From positions 54,848-118,847 of the forward strand of contig CAVXEP010000009.1 in the NCBI GenBank assembly GCA_963760795.1: a stretch of DNA of 64,000 nt, given 5' to 3'. The DNA is from an uncultured delta proteobacterium (lineage in GTDB: Bacteria > Desulfobacterota > Binatia > UBA9968). The translations under genes and the position numbers were made by a program. Within the stretch, counting starts at the first letter, position 1. Every line of letters begins with the position of its first letter. Positions 19,004-28,614 of the stretch are shown here, piece by piece. The notes under the pieces are model-generated. The model saw nothing but the letters and a program-made list of their open reading frames with translations, was not told where the DNA came from and searched no databases.

Positions 19004-20039
19004 CTACGCCGGCTTCACGCCGGTGATCAGCGCGTAGGAAAAACTGCCTTTCACATGGGCGTGGTCGCCGTGGGCGTGCCAGGTGAAATAGTTTTTCTTC
19101 ATGCGCTCGGCCAACTCCGGCGCTTCCTTTTCCAACTCCAGCGCGGCTTCGAGCCAGTGGCGGCCGGTGGGGATGCCGTCCATGCCTTCTTGGTTGAACG
19201 GATACGAAATCACGCTCTTGCGCGGCACGCGGTAGCCGGCCTTGGTCAGCAAACGCTCGATGCTGCTGACCGTGTGGAAGCGAAAACCCTCGCCATGGGT
19301 GCGGCGAAACACTTGGTTGATCTTGGCCTCCAGCGCCACGTCGATGGCGTCTTTGGATTCTTCGATGACCGGGTCGAGGACGACGAAGCGGCCGCCGTTC
19401 TTGAGCACGCGCAGGACTTCGCCGACGACGCCGGCGGGATTGCCGAAATGATGCAGGCTGAAGGACACGAAGGCGCGGTCGAAGGTCCCGGACTTGAACG
19501 GCAACTTGTCCGCCTCGCCGGCGCTCAATTCATAGCGCGCGATCGGATCTTGATGATGATGGCCGACATCGAGCATCGCCAGCGCCTCGTCGACGCCGAC
19601 GATGCGGCCGGATTGCATCTGCTTCGACAACGGCCGGGCGACGCGCCCGGTGCCGGTGGCCAAGATCCAAAATCGCTTCGCCGCCCTTGAGCGTCAGCGC
19701 CTCGATCAACTTGGTCGTCAACTGGCTGCGCATGTCCGACAGGCCGCGCTGGTCGAACTCGGCGGCATGAGCGGGATCTTTGAAGCGCGATTTGTGGTCG
19801 TGGCCATGGGAATGGCCGTGGTCGTGATCGTGTCCGTGATCGTCGGCGTGCCCATGTTCTTGTTCATGCCCATGATCCGAACCGTGCGCGTGCTCATGCC
19901 CATGCGCTTCCTGCCCATGATCGTGACCATGCGCTTCATGGGAATGACCGTGATCATGTTTGTCGTCATGATGCTCATGGCCATGTTCCTGCCCATGCGA
20001 ATGCTCACCCTTATGCTCGTGCTTATGTTCGTCTGCCAT
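19004..20039 (-). CDS. Class I SAM methyltransferase with His-rich N-terminus (one extra base near 19661)
   Basis: His-rich ORF 19530-20039 reaches ..GGEAILDL and continues in ORF 19004-19663 as (A/G)TGTG..GVD..LPFKSGTFD..LHH..RVLKNGGRF. Confidence 0.85.
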
Positions 20040-20074
20040 CTATGTATCCTTTTTTACTCTTATCTTTTGCCTTT

Positions 20075-20488
20075 TTACTTTTTCTTCGACATTTCCATCA
20101 TCGCGTCCCACTGTTCGTCGGTCACCTTCATGATCGACAGCCGCGAATTGCGCACCAGATCGAATTTGGCCAGCTTCTTGTCCGCTTTGACTTCCGCCAG
20201 GGTCACCGGCTTGGCCAGGGCTTTCACCGGCTCGATGTCGACCACCAGCATGCGCGGATTGTCCTTGCCCGGATCGGAATAGGCGCCGCCCAACGCCCGC
20301 GCGATGCCCACCGCCTGTTTCTCGTCGCCGGTATGATAGATAAAAATCTGATCGCCCTTTTTGATATCCTTCAAATGCATCAGCGCGAGATTATTCGCCA
20401 CGCCGTCCCACATGGTCGATTTGTCTTTGACCAGCTGCTGGTACGAATAAACACTCGGTTCGGTCTTGAATAACCAACGGGTTGCCAT
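20075..20488 (-). CDS. EVE domain protein
   Basis: WLFKTEP..WDGVAN..YHTG..RLSIMKV. Confidence 0.92.
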   Translation of the reverse strand: MATRWLFKTEPSVYSYQQLVKDKSTMWDGVANNLALMHLKDIKKGDQIFIYHTGDEKQAVGIARALGGAYSDPGKDNPRMLVVDIEPVKALAKPVTLAEVKADKKLAKFDLVRNSRLSIMKVTDEQWDAMMEMSKKK

Positions 20489-20568
20489 GAAACTTTTCCT
20501 CCTACTGGTTTATAAATCAGCATCAGGCCCCAATACAATCCCTGGAACCGGCAGGCGCCGCGCGGAAT

Positions 20569-20634
20569 AGATTTCTCGCTGCGCTCGAAATGACAAGTTT
20601 GCGGTTTTGTCATCCCGAACGACGTGAGGGATCT
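20569..20634. repeat. REP-like element pair (AGATTTCTCG..ATGACA / TGTCATCCCG..GATCT)
   Basis: Related to copies at 23835-23942 and 61384-61409. Confidence 0.6.
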
Positions 20635-20695
20635 CGTCCAGTAGCGAGCTGCAATCCCTTGACCTGTACGCCGGAAGCGCTGTATCCAATCGGTC

Positions 20696-21676
20696 ATGAC
20701 AAATCGTAGACTTCACCTCGCACTGCTGGCAGTATTCGCCCTCTTTGCTCCAACATCCTACGCCGCCGACAAGCTGCGCATTTCCTACTCGGCGGTCAAC
20801 GCCACCCAAGCCTTTCTCTGGGTCGCCCAGGACCGCGGCATCTTCGCCAAGCATGGCCTCGAAGGCGAGCTGCTCTACATCAACAGCGGCACCATGAACA
20901 TCGCCGCGCTGCTCGGCGGCAGCGTGCAGATCGCCGGCGGCGGGCCGGTGTCCATCGAAGCGCGGCTGCGCGGCATCAAGCTGACGATCCTGGGCAATCC
21001 GTTGCCCTGGTTGGCGTCGAATCTAGTCGTCCATCCCGACATCAAGTCCATCCCCGACATGGCCGGCAAGCTCGCCGGCATCTCGCGCTTCGGCTCCTCC
21101 ACCGATCAGGGCTTCCGCTATCTGTTTCGTAAAAATGGCTTGAACGTCGACCGCGATTTAAAGATGTTGCAAATGGGCGGCGACTCCAGCCGCGTCGCGG
21201 CCCTGAAAACCGGCACGATCCAGTACACTTTCCTCGGCGCCGCCGCCACCGACAATGCCCGCGCACTGGGCTTCCGCGTCTTGTCGACCGCCCAGCAGAT
21301 GGCGATCCCTTTCCCGTGGACTTCGGTGGTGGTCGAAGAAGGCTGGTTGCTGAAAAATCGCGAGCTCGCCTACCGCTACATGAAATGCGCCACCGAGGCG
21401 ATCGTGACGTTGAAGCGCAACCGCGCCGACAGCGAGCGCACCATCGCCAAGTACATGAAGATCACCGATCCCAAACTGATCGCGACAGAATTCGACTTCG
21501 TTTCCTCGCTGATGCCCGACTACATGGCGCCGACGTTGGAGGGACTCAAAGTCATCCTGGAAAACTTCGGCAAAGAATACCCCGACGCGCCAAAGCGCGA
21601 CCCCAAAGAGTTCGCCGACGGCTCGATCATCGAGAGATTGAAGCAGGAGAAATTTGCCGAAGGGCTGAGGTTCTAG
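20696..21676 (+). CDS. SsuA/NMT1-type substrate-binding protein
   Basis: Signal peptide; LWVAQDRGIFAKHGLE; GISRFGSSTD. Confidence 0.9.
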   Translation: MTNRRLHLALLAVFALFAPTSYAADKLRISYSAVNATQAFLWVAQDRGIFAKHGLEGELLYINSGTMNIAALLGGSVQIAGGGPVSIEARLRGIKLTILGNPLPWLASNLVVHPDIKSIPDMAGKLAGISRFGSSTDQGFRYLFRKNGLNVDRDLKMLQMGGDSSRVAALKTGTIQYTFLGAAATDNARALGFRVLSTAQQMAIPFPWTSVVVEEGWLLKNRELAYRYMKCATEAIVTLKRNRADSERTIAKYMKITDPKLIATEFDFVSSLMPDYMAPTLEGLKVILENFGKEYPDAPKRDPKEFADGSIIERLKQEKFAEGLRF

Positions 21677-21715
21677 AATCGAATCCTTAGCAGTCTGGTG
21701 GATTGAAGTGGGAAT

Positions 21716-21907
21716 GCTTCGACAAGCTCAGCATGAACGGATCAATTTCAAAAATTTGCAACCAAAATCCGTTCGTCCTGAGCCTGTCGAAGGACTCCGA
21801 AATGTTCTTTCAATAAGCTGTTACCAAACCCGGAGCTAACAGGACTAGATTCGTCCTGAGCCTGTCGAAGGACTCCGAAATGTTCTTTCAATAAGCTGTT
21901 ACCAAAC
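21716..21907. repeat. REP-like inverted repeat plus perfect 58-bp direct duplication
   Basis: CTTCGACAAGCTCAG..CTGAGCCTGTCGAAG inverted repeat; 21772-21829 is identical to 21850-21907. Confidence 0.85.
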
Positions 21908-21931
21908 TCTTACCCAAAAGGAGAAATACCC

Positions 21932-22300
21932 ATGGCACGCATCCGTCATATCGCGATACTCACCGAAGACGTGGACAAGCTGGTGAAGTTTTACACCGAG
22001 GGCTTTGGCCTGAAGATCGTTCACGGCGTCGGCACGGCGACCTATCTCACCGACGGCCATATCAACTTGGCGATCATCCCCATCGGACCGGAACGGGAGA
22101 TCGAAGGGCCGCAGCTTCAGACCGGCATCAACCATTTCGGCTTCGAGGTCGAAGATGTCACCGCAGTGCGCGAGGCTTGTAAGGGACTGAGCGCGGCGAC
22201 GGATGTCAGAAAGCGCCCGCCCAACCGCGAAGCCGAATACCGCGTCCTCGACCCCGACGGCAACCCCATCGATCTATCGCAACATGGCTGGCCGCACTGA
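21932..22300 (+). CDS. VOC/glyoxalase family protein
   Basis: IRHIAI, GINHFGFEVED, DPDGNPIDL. Confidence 0.9.
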   Translation: MARIRHIAILTEDVDKLVKFYTEGFGLKIVHGVGTATYLTDGHINLAIIPIGPEREIEGPQLQTGINHFGFEVEDVTAVREACKGLSAATDVRKRPPNREAEYRVLDPDGNPIDLSQHGWPH

Positions 22301-22315
22301 CGCAATGAGTTTTTT

Positions 22316-23164
22316 GTGAGCGCAACCCTGCTCCGCGTTGTTCTTATCGTCTCAGGATTTCTGTTGGTCATCAGCCTTTGGGGTTTTTACACTTCGATTC
22401 GCCCACCGAAGATTATATCCTCGCTCACTCCGCGCGACTTAAAAATGACTCATGAGGACGTGTCGTTCAGAACCGCGGACGGTCTCATGCTGCGCGGCTG
22501 GCATATCCCATCCGCTAAAACCACCGACAAGACCTTGATCCTGCTCCATGGCTATCCTGCGGATAAGGGAAACATCTTGCCTCCGTTGGCGTTTCTGCAT
22601 GGCGATTTCAACCTGCTGTTGTTCGATTTCCGCTATCTCGGTCAAAGCGAGGGGAGCTATTCCACAGCCGGCGCCAAAGAAGTCGAGGATCTCCTGGCGG
22701 CCGTGCAATTTCTCAAAACCAGAGGCGTCAAAGAAGTGGGCGTGTGGGGATTTTCCATGGGCGGCGCTGTGGCTTTGATGGCCATCGAGAAAGCTCCCGA
22801 GATCAAAGCGGTCATTGCCGAATCGAGTTACAGCAGCCTCGCGCATATGGCTTTGGAGCTGTTCAGAATTCCCGTGGTCAACTATCCCATCGCCTATCTT
22901 GTCGGTTTATGGGCCAAGCTTTTTCTTGGCATCGACCTAAGAAATGTCTCACCAGCCGAACGAGTGCGCCATACCACGGTGCCGATTCTCGTGATCCATT
23001 CGTCGGCGGATGCCGTGATTCCGTTTTCCCACGCGCGGTCGTTGCAAGATGCGCTGAGAAACAATCCCCGCGCCGAATTTTGGTTTCACGAGGAATTTGC
23101 CCATGGTCAGCTAGCTGGCGATTACCAGAACCGGGTGAGAAATTTCTTTCACAAGAACTTGTAA
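22316..23164 (+). CDS. Membrane-anchored alpha/beta hydrolase
   Basis: N-terminal TM, LLHG, GFSMG nucleophile elbow, D..H triad. Confidence 0.9.
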   Translation: MSATLLRVVLIVSGFLLVISLWGFYTSIRPPKIISSLTPRDLKMTHEDVSFRTADGLMLRGWHIPSAKTTDKTLILLHGYPADKGNILPPLAFLHGDFNLLLFDFRYLGQSEGSYSTAGAKEVEDLLAAVQFLKTRGVKEVGVWGFSMGGAVALMAIEKAPEIKAVIAESSYSSLAHMALELFRIPVVNYPIAYLVGLWAKLFLGIDLRNVSPAERVRHTTVPILVIHSSADAVIPFSHARSLQDALRNNPRAEFWFHEEFAHGQLAGDYQNRVRNFFHKNL

Positions 23165-23246
23165 GCGTGACGCTCGCAGACGCCTGAACCGGCCGAGCAA
23201 ACGGGGGCGAGCGAGCTAGCCGCTTCTTCCTGTCTGTCCAGCCTGA

Positions 23247-23333
23247 CGCCCGCCCAACCGCGAAGCCGAATATCACGTCCTCGATCCCGACGGCAATCCC
23301 GTCGATCTATCCAAAGATGGCTGGCCGTACTGA
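23247..23333 (+). pseudogene. Diverged copy of the last 87 nt of the VOC gene
   Basis: RPPNREAEYHVLDPDGNPVDLSKDGWPY* versus 22214-22300 RPPNREAEYRVLDPDGNPIDLSQHGWPH*. Confidence 0.85.
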
Positions 23334-23362
23334 GCCATTTAACTAGCGCACGCGTGCAGCGG

Positions 23363-23794
23363 TTACACGAGTAACGACTGCAACAGATACGGCGTCACGA
23401 CGAACAGCAGCGCGGCGCCAACCACGATCACCGTCCATACCCAACGCGCTGTGCTTGAAAAATTCGCACTCCGCCAGAGCAGCGGCAACGCGAGCGGCCC
23501 AACCAAAAGCAGCATGGCGACCACATAGCTCTTAGCATAATAGAACTCCGCTGCTTGGCCGGCAGACTTGGCGACTTTGTAAGCGTCGATGATGGCGCTC
23601 AACCAGAGGAGCAACAAAGCCAATGCGGCGGTAACAGCGTTGAAACCGGTGAGCCAGTAGGTAGCGCTGCCCAGAACCAAGCAGCAGGCAAGAATCACCC
23701 AGCCTTTTTTCTGTTCTTGATTATAGATTTGCCCCAGTCCGGGTAGGAGCATCGATAACAGTAGTGCGAGAAGTGACTTTGCTCGCGTGGTCAT
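23363..23794 (-). CDS. Membrane protein (PGLGQIY motif; TM2/DUF5683-like)
   Basis: LLPGLGQIYN..DAYK; several TM helices. Confidence 0.75.
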   Translation of the reverse strand: MTTRAKSLLALLLSMLLPGLGQIYNQEQKKGWVILACCLVLGSATYWLTGFNAVTAALALLLLWLSAIIDAYKVAKSAGQAAEFYYAKSYVVAMLLLVGPLALPLLWRSANFSSTARWVWTVIVVGAALLFVVTPYLLQSLLV

Positions 23795-23834
23795 AACCGA
23801 CTACCGGATATTGCAACGGCGAAAACGCGCGCGC

Positions 23835-23942
23835 TGTCATTCCCAGCCAAAGGCGAAGAATCTCGCATTTTCTGTGGCATGCGAAAACGAGATCCTTCGG
23901 CCGAGTTTATCCCGAGCAACGTCGAAGGGCCTCAGGATGACA
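23835..23942. repeat. REP-like composite palindromic element
   Basis: TGTCATTC..GAATCT / AGATCCTTCG..CTCAGGATGACA. Confidence 0.6.
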
Positions 23943-24016
23943 CCAACGCCGCACCGCCAATTCCAAGACACCCGCTTAGTACTCATGCGCCCATCGCTTC
24001 GATGGCTGCGAAGCGC

Positions 24017-25019
24017 TCACTTTTTCTCGGCAAACAGCCGCGAAAATACTCTGCGCGCATTGCCCTCGGTGATATTGTAACGATCCTGCTCGCTCAACCC
24101 CTCGACAGTCTTGAAGATCGGCACAAGATCCTCGAAGTTTCTGACCGGTCTCGGGATCGATGGCGTTGACCGCGCCGAACATTTCGGTGGCGAACAGGAC
24201 ACGGTCGGCGCCGACCCGCTTGATCAACAGCTCCATCGACTCTTTGTCGTAGATCGCCATGTCCCAATAAACTCGGCGCGCCGCCTCTTCGAAGGGTTCC
24301 AATCCTTCCCGGACGTGCAGGCCGCGCTGGCGGTTCCACTGATAGGGGATCGCTCCGCCGCCATGAGGGATGATGATTTTCAGCTTGGGGAAATCCTTGA
24401 ACACCCGCGACTTGAGAATCTCCACCGCGGCGGAATGGTGATGGGCGATGTAATAGGAATTGGTCAGATGCATCGCCGGATTCAGCGACGCGCTCGCGTG
24501 CACGGTGCACGGCACGTCGAGCGCCACCATCTTCTCCCACAGCGGATACCACCATTCGCTGCCCATGGACGGCGTCAGCGGCTCTTTGCCGCCGGCGACA
24601 TCGGGATTGACGTTGCAGCTGATGAAACCCAAGTCCTTGACGCAGCGGTCCAGCTCGTCGGCCCATTCTTTGGGGCTCACGCCCGGCGACTGCGGCAGTT
24701 GGCACACCGGCGAGACTTTGTCGGGCCAGGTCTTGGCGACCCGCGCGATCAAATCGTTGCACGCCTCGGTCCAGTAGCGGCTCACCAGCGGCGAGCCGAA
24801 GTGATGTCCCATGGCGCCGGCCTGCGGCGAAAACAACAGCCGGTCGATGCCGCACTCCTCCATCCGTTTGAACTGCCCCGCCATGGAGCGCGCCAGTTCT
24901 TCGTCGCTGATTTGCAGCTTGGCGCGAATCGGCTTGGCGAGGTTGCTGATCTGCTGGCCGCGGTACGCCTGCAGCTGCGGCGGCGCGGTGGTGAAGTGGG
25001 TATGTGAGTCGATGATCAT
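24017..25019 (-). CDS. ligJ: 4-oxalomesaconate hydratase-like amidohydrolase 2 (frameshift near 24137)
   Basis: MIIDSHTHFTTAP..., CQLPQSPG, PHGGGAIPY, FATEMFGAV..IDPETG; C-terminus in the alternate frame (ITEGNARRVF). Confidence 0.78.
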
Positions 25020-25035
25020 AGCAAACCTCCGAATG

Positions 25036-25086
25036 GTTCAAAACGTTCAAGTCGTTCAACCGCTGCGCTCCGTTCAAAACGTTGCA
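25036..25086 (-). repeat. 9-bp-period TTGAAC array upstream of the ligJ SD
   Basis: GTTCAA at 25036, 25045, 25054, 25072; degenerate copy at 25081. Confidence 0.8.
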
Positions 25087-25241
25087 GAGAGGGACAGCGC
25101 CGTCGGATCGGATCCTTCCTAGTGAACTTCAAGATACAAGACTTCAATCGCACGGATTGTCAGCTTCAAACCGCTTTGCTATACCAATCTTTCACGGAGA
25201 GATCAAAACTTCTCTGCCAGGCCATTCCGGTGTTTTACGTT

Positions 25242-25274
25242 TTGAACGGCTTGAACCTTTTGAACGATTTGAAC
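25242..25274 (+). repeat. 9-bp-period TTGAAC x4 array upstream of the aldolase SD
   Basis: TTGAAC at 25242, 25251, 25260, 25269, then AAGGAG. Confidence 0.85.
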
Positions 25275-25294
25275 GCCTTCAAGGAGTTAACATT

Positions 25295-26233
25295 ATGTCA
25301 GAGATACCCCGCCTAAACGGCGTAATCAAAGCCCTCGAACAAGGCCAAACCGCCTTCGTCGCTTTCACACCGGTAGATATCGAGAGTGCCGTCGCCATGG
25401 CCGGCACCAAGCTCGACGGCGTCGCGTTTGAAATGGAACATGCGCCGCTGGATTTCCCCGGACTGCGCAACGCCCTGCAATTCATGCTCGACCGCGGCCA
25501 GATCGTCGCCGGCGGCACGCTCGCCCCAGCGGTCACGCCGATGGTGCGCGTGCCGCCCAACGGCATTGAAATGAACAGCTGGATCGCCAAGCAAGTCCTC
25601 GACATCGGCGTCATGGGCATCATCTTTCCCCATGTCAGCTCCGTCGAAGAAGCCGCCAACGCCGTCGGCGCCTGCCGCTATCCGCGTCTCAAGAGCGCGC
25701 CGAGATATCATCCGCCGGGCATTCGCGGCGACGCGCCGGCCCGCGCCGCGCGCTACTGGGGATTGCCGCAGCAGGAATATTACAAACGCGCCGATGTCTG
25801 GCCGCTGGCGCCCGACGGCGAAGTCCTGGTCGTCATCCAATGCGAAGAGATGCGCGCCATCGAAAACCTGCCGAAGATTTTAAAAGAAGTCCCCGGCATC
25901 GGCGTGGTGCTGATCGGCGAAGGCGACTTGAGCCAGGAGCTCGGCCACCCGCGCGACTACGACCATCCCGTGGTCGCCGACGCGATCAATAATATTTTGA
26001 AGATCTGCAAAGAACACAACGTCCCGTGCGGCCACCCGCACCCGGACGGCAAAAACATCGAGCGCTTGGTAAAGGACGGCTATCGCTTCCTCATGCCGTC
26101 ATCGCCGCGCAGCTTCGGCGTCCTCGACCAAGGGCAGAAAGCTAGCAGGAAGAAGCTAACCAATCTCGCTCCAAGCTGCGGGGTGGTGAATTTGCGCACT
26201 CGGAATCGCCGCTCAAACCGTCGCACGCGGTGA
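25295..26233 (+). CDS. HpcH/HpaI family aldolase
   Basis: EMEHAP, PMVRVP, LDIGVMGIIFPHV, QCE, IGEGDLS; start ATG 25295 after AAGGAG; C-terminal tail may be frameshifted. Confidence 0.88.
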   Translation: MSEIPRLNGVIKALEQGQTAFVAFTPVDIESAVAMAGTKLDGVAFEMEHAPLDFPGLRNALQFMLDRGQIVAGGTLAPAVTPMVRVPPNGIEMNSWIAKQVLDIGVMGIIFPHVSSVEEAANAVGACRYPRLKSAPRYHPPGIRGDAPARAARYWGLPQQEYYKRADVWPLAPDGEVLVVIQCEEMRAIENLPKILKEVPGIGVVLIGEGDLSQELGHPRDYDHPVVADAINNILKICKEHNVPCGHPHPDGKNIERLVKDGYRFLMPSSPRSFGVLDQGQKASRKKLTNLAPSCGVVNLRTRNRRSNRRTR

Positions 26234-26258
26234 AGACCGGGGTCCATACGCCATCATC

Positions 26259-26334
26259 CACCTGGATACCGTTGTTCAACGGTATGACGGACACTGTCCG
26301 TCACCTGGATACCGGCCTTCGCCGGTATGACGGA
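26259..26334. repeat. Two tandem REP-like hairpins (CACCTGGATACCG-loop-CGGTATGACGGA)
   Basis: Copies at 26259-26291 and 26302-26334, between convergent genes. Confidence 0.75.
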
Positions 26335-26405
26335 AACCGTCAATAGCGCAGCCCAAATCCCCTTCCCGCTCATTCTCAATTCTCCATTGTCCATTCTCAA
26401 TTCTC

Positions 26406-27533
26406 TCATCTCCCCTCCATCGCCTGCGTCGCGATCTTGAACGCGCTGTCTATATCTTCAAACTCCGGCCGGGTGCCGTCGAAATATTTGCGGCCGTCGA
26501 TGAGCCGGTTATGGGTTTGGATATCGTCTTTGGGAATATCGATGCGCGCCGAGTTGGGCGGCTCATCCGGGTCGCCGAGCTTTTGCAACGCGATCTGGCC
26601 GCGCCGCGACAGATACCAGTTGATGAAAACCTTGGCGGCGTTGGGATGGGAGCCCTGGCTCGGCGTCGACATCGTTCCGCCCCCAACCGAGAAGCTCGCC
26701 CCCTCTTTCCACAGACTGGTGTCGAATATTTCTATCGGCAGTCCTTGATGCTTCGCCTTGAGCGCGCCGGAGCAACCGAAGCAGATCGAGAATCTTCCCT
26801 GCCCGAGCCAGTCGATCATCTGCCGGCTGTCGCGGCTAAAGGTGACATCCTTGGCGCCGAAAAGCTGGCGAATGAACCCTGGCCCGAGTTCGGGATGGTA
26901 ATAAAAGAACTGCATGGTCGTGCCGATCTCCGTGCGCGGACGCGGATCGAGGGCGACGATCTTGCCTTTCCACTTGGGCTTGAACAGATCGTAGTAGGAG
27001 GTGAACTCTTTGGCGTTGACCAGCGCGCTGTTGTAATAGAGCTGCCCCGAGCTGGCGTTGGCGAGGTAGGCAAAAACATATTTATTCTCGGCGTCGAGAT
27101 AGCGATGCTTGCCGCCATACCAGCGCGACGTGTCGAGCACCTCTGGGAGCATCAACGCCGGCTGAATCGGCTCGAGAATCTTGGCCTGCTGATGCAGGAT
27201 GCGGTAATTCGACGAGCCCAAACCGACGACGTCCGCAAGAAAGCGCCCCGCCCTGCGCTCGGCCAAAATTTTTGTCGTGATCTGCGCGCCGGTGCCGGTG
27301 AGCAAATAGGGCCGGATCTCCGGGTAGTCGGCGCGGAAAACATCGAGCACCTTGCCGTAGCGATAGAGATAGATGTTGACCTTGCCTTCTTTCTTAGCCG
27401 CCTCGACGGTGGCCTCCCATTGCGGCGACCGCGGCCCCTCCGCGCCCAGCGCATTCGCGGCGAGCAAGAAAATACCGAACGCCAACCAACTGCCATGCAG
27501 CAAACCCAGGCCGATTAGATTTTGCACGCCCAA
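26406..27533 (-). CDS. Extracellular solute-binding protein (Fe3+/AfuA-like cluster)
   Basis: Signal peptide; AAKKEGKV; KWKGKIVALDP; HPNAAKVFINWYLS. Confidence 0.88.
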   Translation of the reverse strand: MGVQNLIGLGLLHGSWLAFGIFLLAANALGAEGPRSPQWEATVEAAKKEGKVNIYLYRYGKVLDVFRADYPEIRPYLLTGTGAQITTKILAERRAGRFLADVVGLGSSNYRILHQQAKILEPIQPALMLPEVLDTSRWYGGKHRYLDAENKYVFAYLANASSGQLYYNSALVNAKEFTSYYDLFKPKWKGKIVALDPRPRTEIGTTMQFFYYHPELGPGFIRQLFGAKDVTFSRDSRQMIDWLGQGRFSICFGCSGALKAKHQGLPIEIFDTSLWKEGASFSVGGGTMSTPSQGSHPNAAKVFINWYLSRRGQIALQKLGDPDEPPNSARIDIPKDDIQTHNRLIDGRKYFDGTRPEFEDIDSAFKIATQAMEGR

Positions 27534-27765
27534 CCTCCGCGACGATAGGAATGTGCAGACTATACCCCAGCCGGGGAGAGGGTCAATTTAATTTACCCGC
27601 CTGAGTCGGGCGGAACGTTTCCGGCTGCCGGACGAATAAAATAGCGAAGCCACCCCGAGCCCCCTCGACAGAGGCTACGCAACCTGTGTAGAATCCTAAC
27701 GTGAATTGAAACTGCCTGCTGCACACCGGTTGCTAAGCATACGCCAACGCCGACGGAGATCTTTT

Positions 27766-28545
27766 ATGATCAAAAATCTTCGGAACCAAGGTTTGCTGAA
27801 GATGACTTGTTGCGCGGCCCTGCTATTTCTCATGCCGGCATCCGCCCCGGCAGAGACCTCCGGTAAAATACCCCGCGACGTGATCGATTACACCGCCGCT
27901 CACGGCGGCGCCTTGGTGCTGGTGAGCTTGGCTGTGCCGTGGCAGCTGGAATCCCGCTTGAGCCAAGAGGACCTGCGCGCGCAGCGCACCGCCATCGCCT
28001 CGATACAAAACGACCTCCTGGACAAGCTCGCCGGCAAGAAATTCAAAGTCCTGCGCCAGTATCAGGAGATTCCCGGCATCGCTTTGGAAGTCGGCGCGGA
28101 GGCCTTGGCGGAACTGGCGCGACTGCCGATCGTCACCAGCGTTTTGCTCGACCGCCCCGCCGGCGCCGCGCTACCGCCGCAGTATCGCAATGCCTCGCCG
28201 CGCGCCAACGCGGCCGACCTGGCGAGCAGCGAAAAAGTGCCGTCCACTCTTTTCACCCGCGCGGCGATCGACGGCACGGTGCTCGTGCTGGCGGGCTTGC
28301 GCACACCCTGGCAGCATGAACAAGGACTGAGCGAAGAACTATGGGCGTTGCAACGACACGCCATCCATAGCACGCAGAGTTACCTGCTCGCCGAGTTGGC
28401 TGGCACGCGTTATAAGGTCATGCGGCTCTACGGCAAGATTCCCGGCATCGCGCTGCGCGTCGGCGTCGACGCCTTGATCGTCTTGGAAAAATCCCCGGCG
28501 ATCACCAATGTCGTTTTGGACCGTCCCGCTCAAGTGAGACGCTAG
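27766..28545 (+). CDS. Secreted protein with two tandem subtilase-propeptide (inhibitor I9-like) domains
   Basis: GGAG SD and signal peptide; internal repeat LV.L..PWQ.E..LS.E..AQR.AI.S.Q..LL..LAG..KV.R.Y..IPGIAL.VG..AL..L...P..T.V.LDRPA x2. Confidence 0.7.
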   Translation: MIKNLRNQGLLKMTCCAALLFLMPASAPAETSGKIPRDVIDYTAAHGGALVLVSLAVPWQLESRLSQEDLRAQRTAIASIQNDLLDKLAGKKFKVLRQYQEIPGIALEVGAEALAELARLPIVTSVLLDRPAGAALPPQYRNASPRANAADLASSEKVPSTLFTRAAIDGTVLVLAGLRTPWQHEQGLSEELWALQRHAIHSTQSYLLAELAGTRYKVMRLYGKIPGIALRVGVDALIVLEKSPAITNVVLDRPAQVRR

Positions 28546-28614
28546 TCCACGCGCCTGAGCCACCCACGCCGGCGGAAAATTGCGCGCCAGCGATTTAGAT
28601 GCTATTCCAGCTGC

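Noticed and set aside
19602-20282. Met/Val-rich plus-strand ORF
   Set aside because: Antisense shadow of the His-rich coding region
21772-21907. Possible CRISPR mini-array
   Set aside because: Only two 58-bp copies with a 20-nt gap, REP-derived, and no cas genes in the window
25082-25294. Long N-terminal extension of the aldolase (FERLEPFERFERL)
   Set aside because: It is the translation of the 9-bp repeat array; the SD lies before ATG 25295
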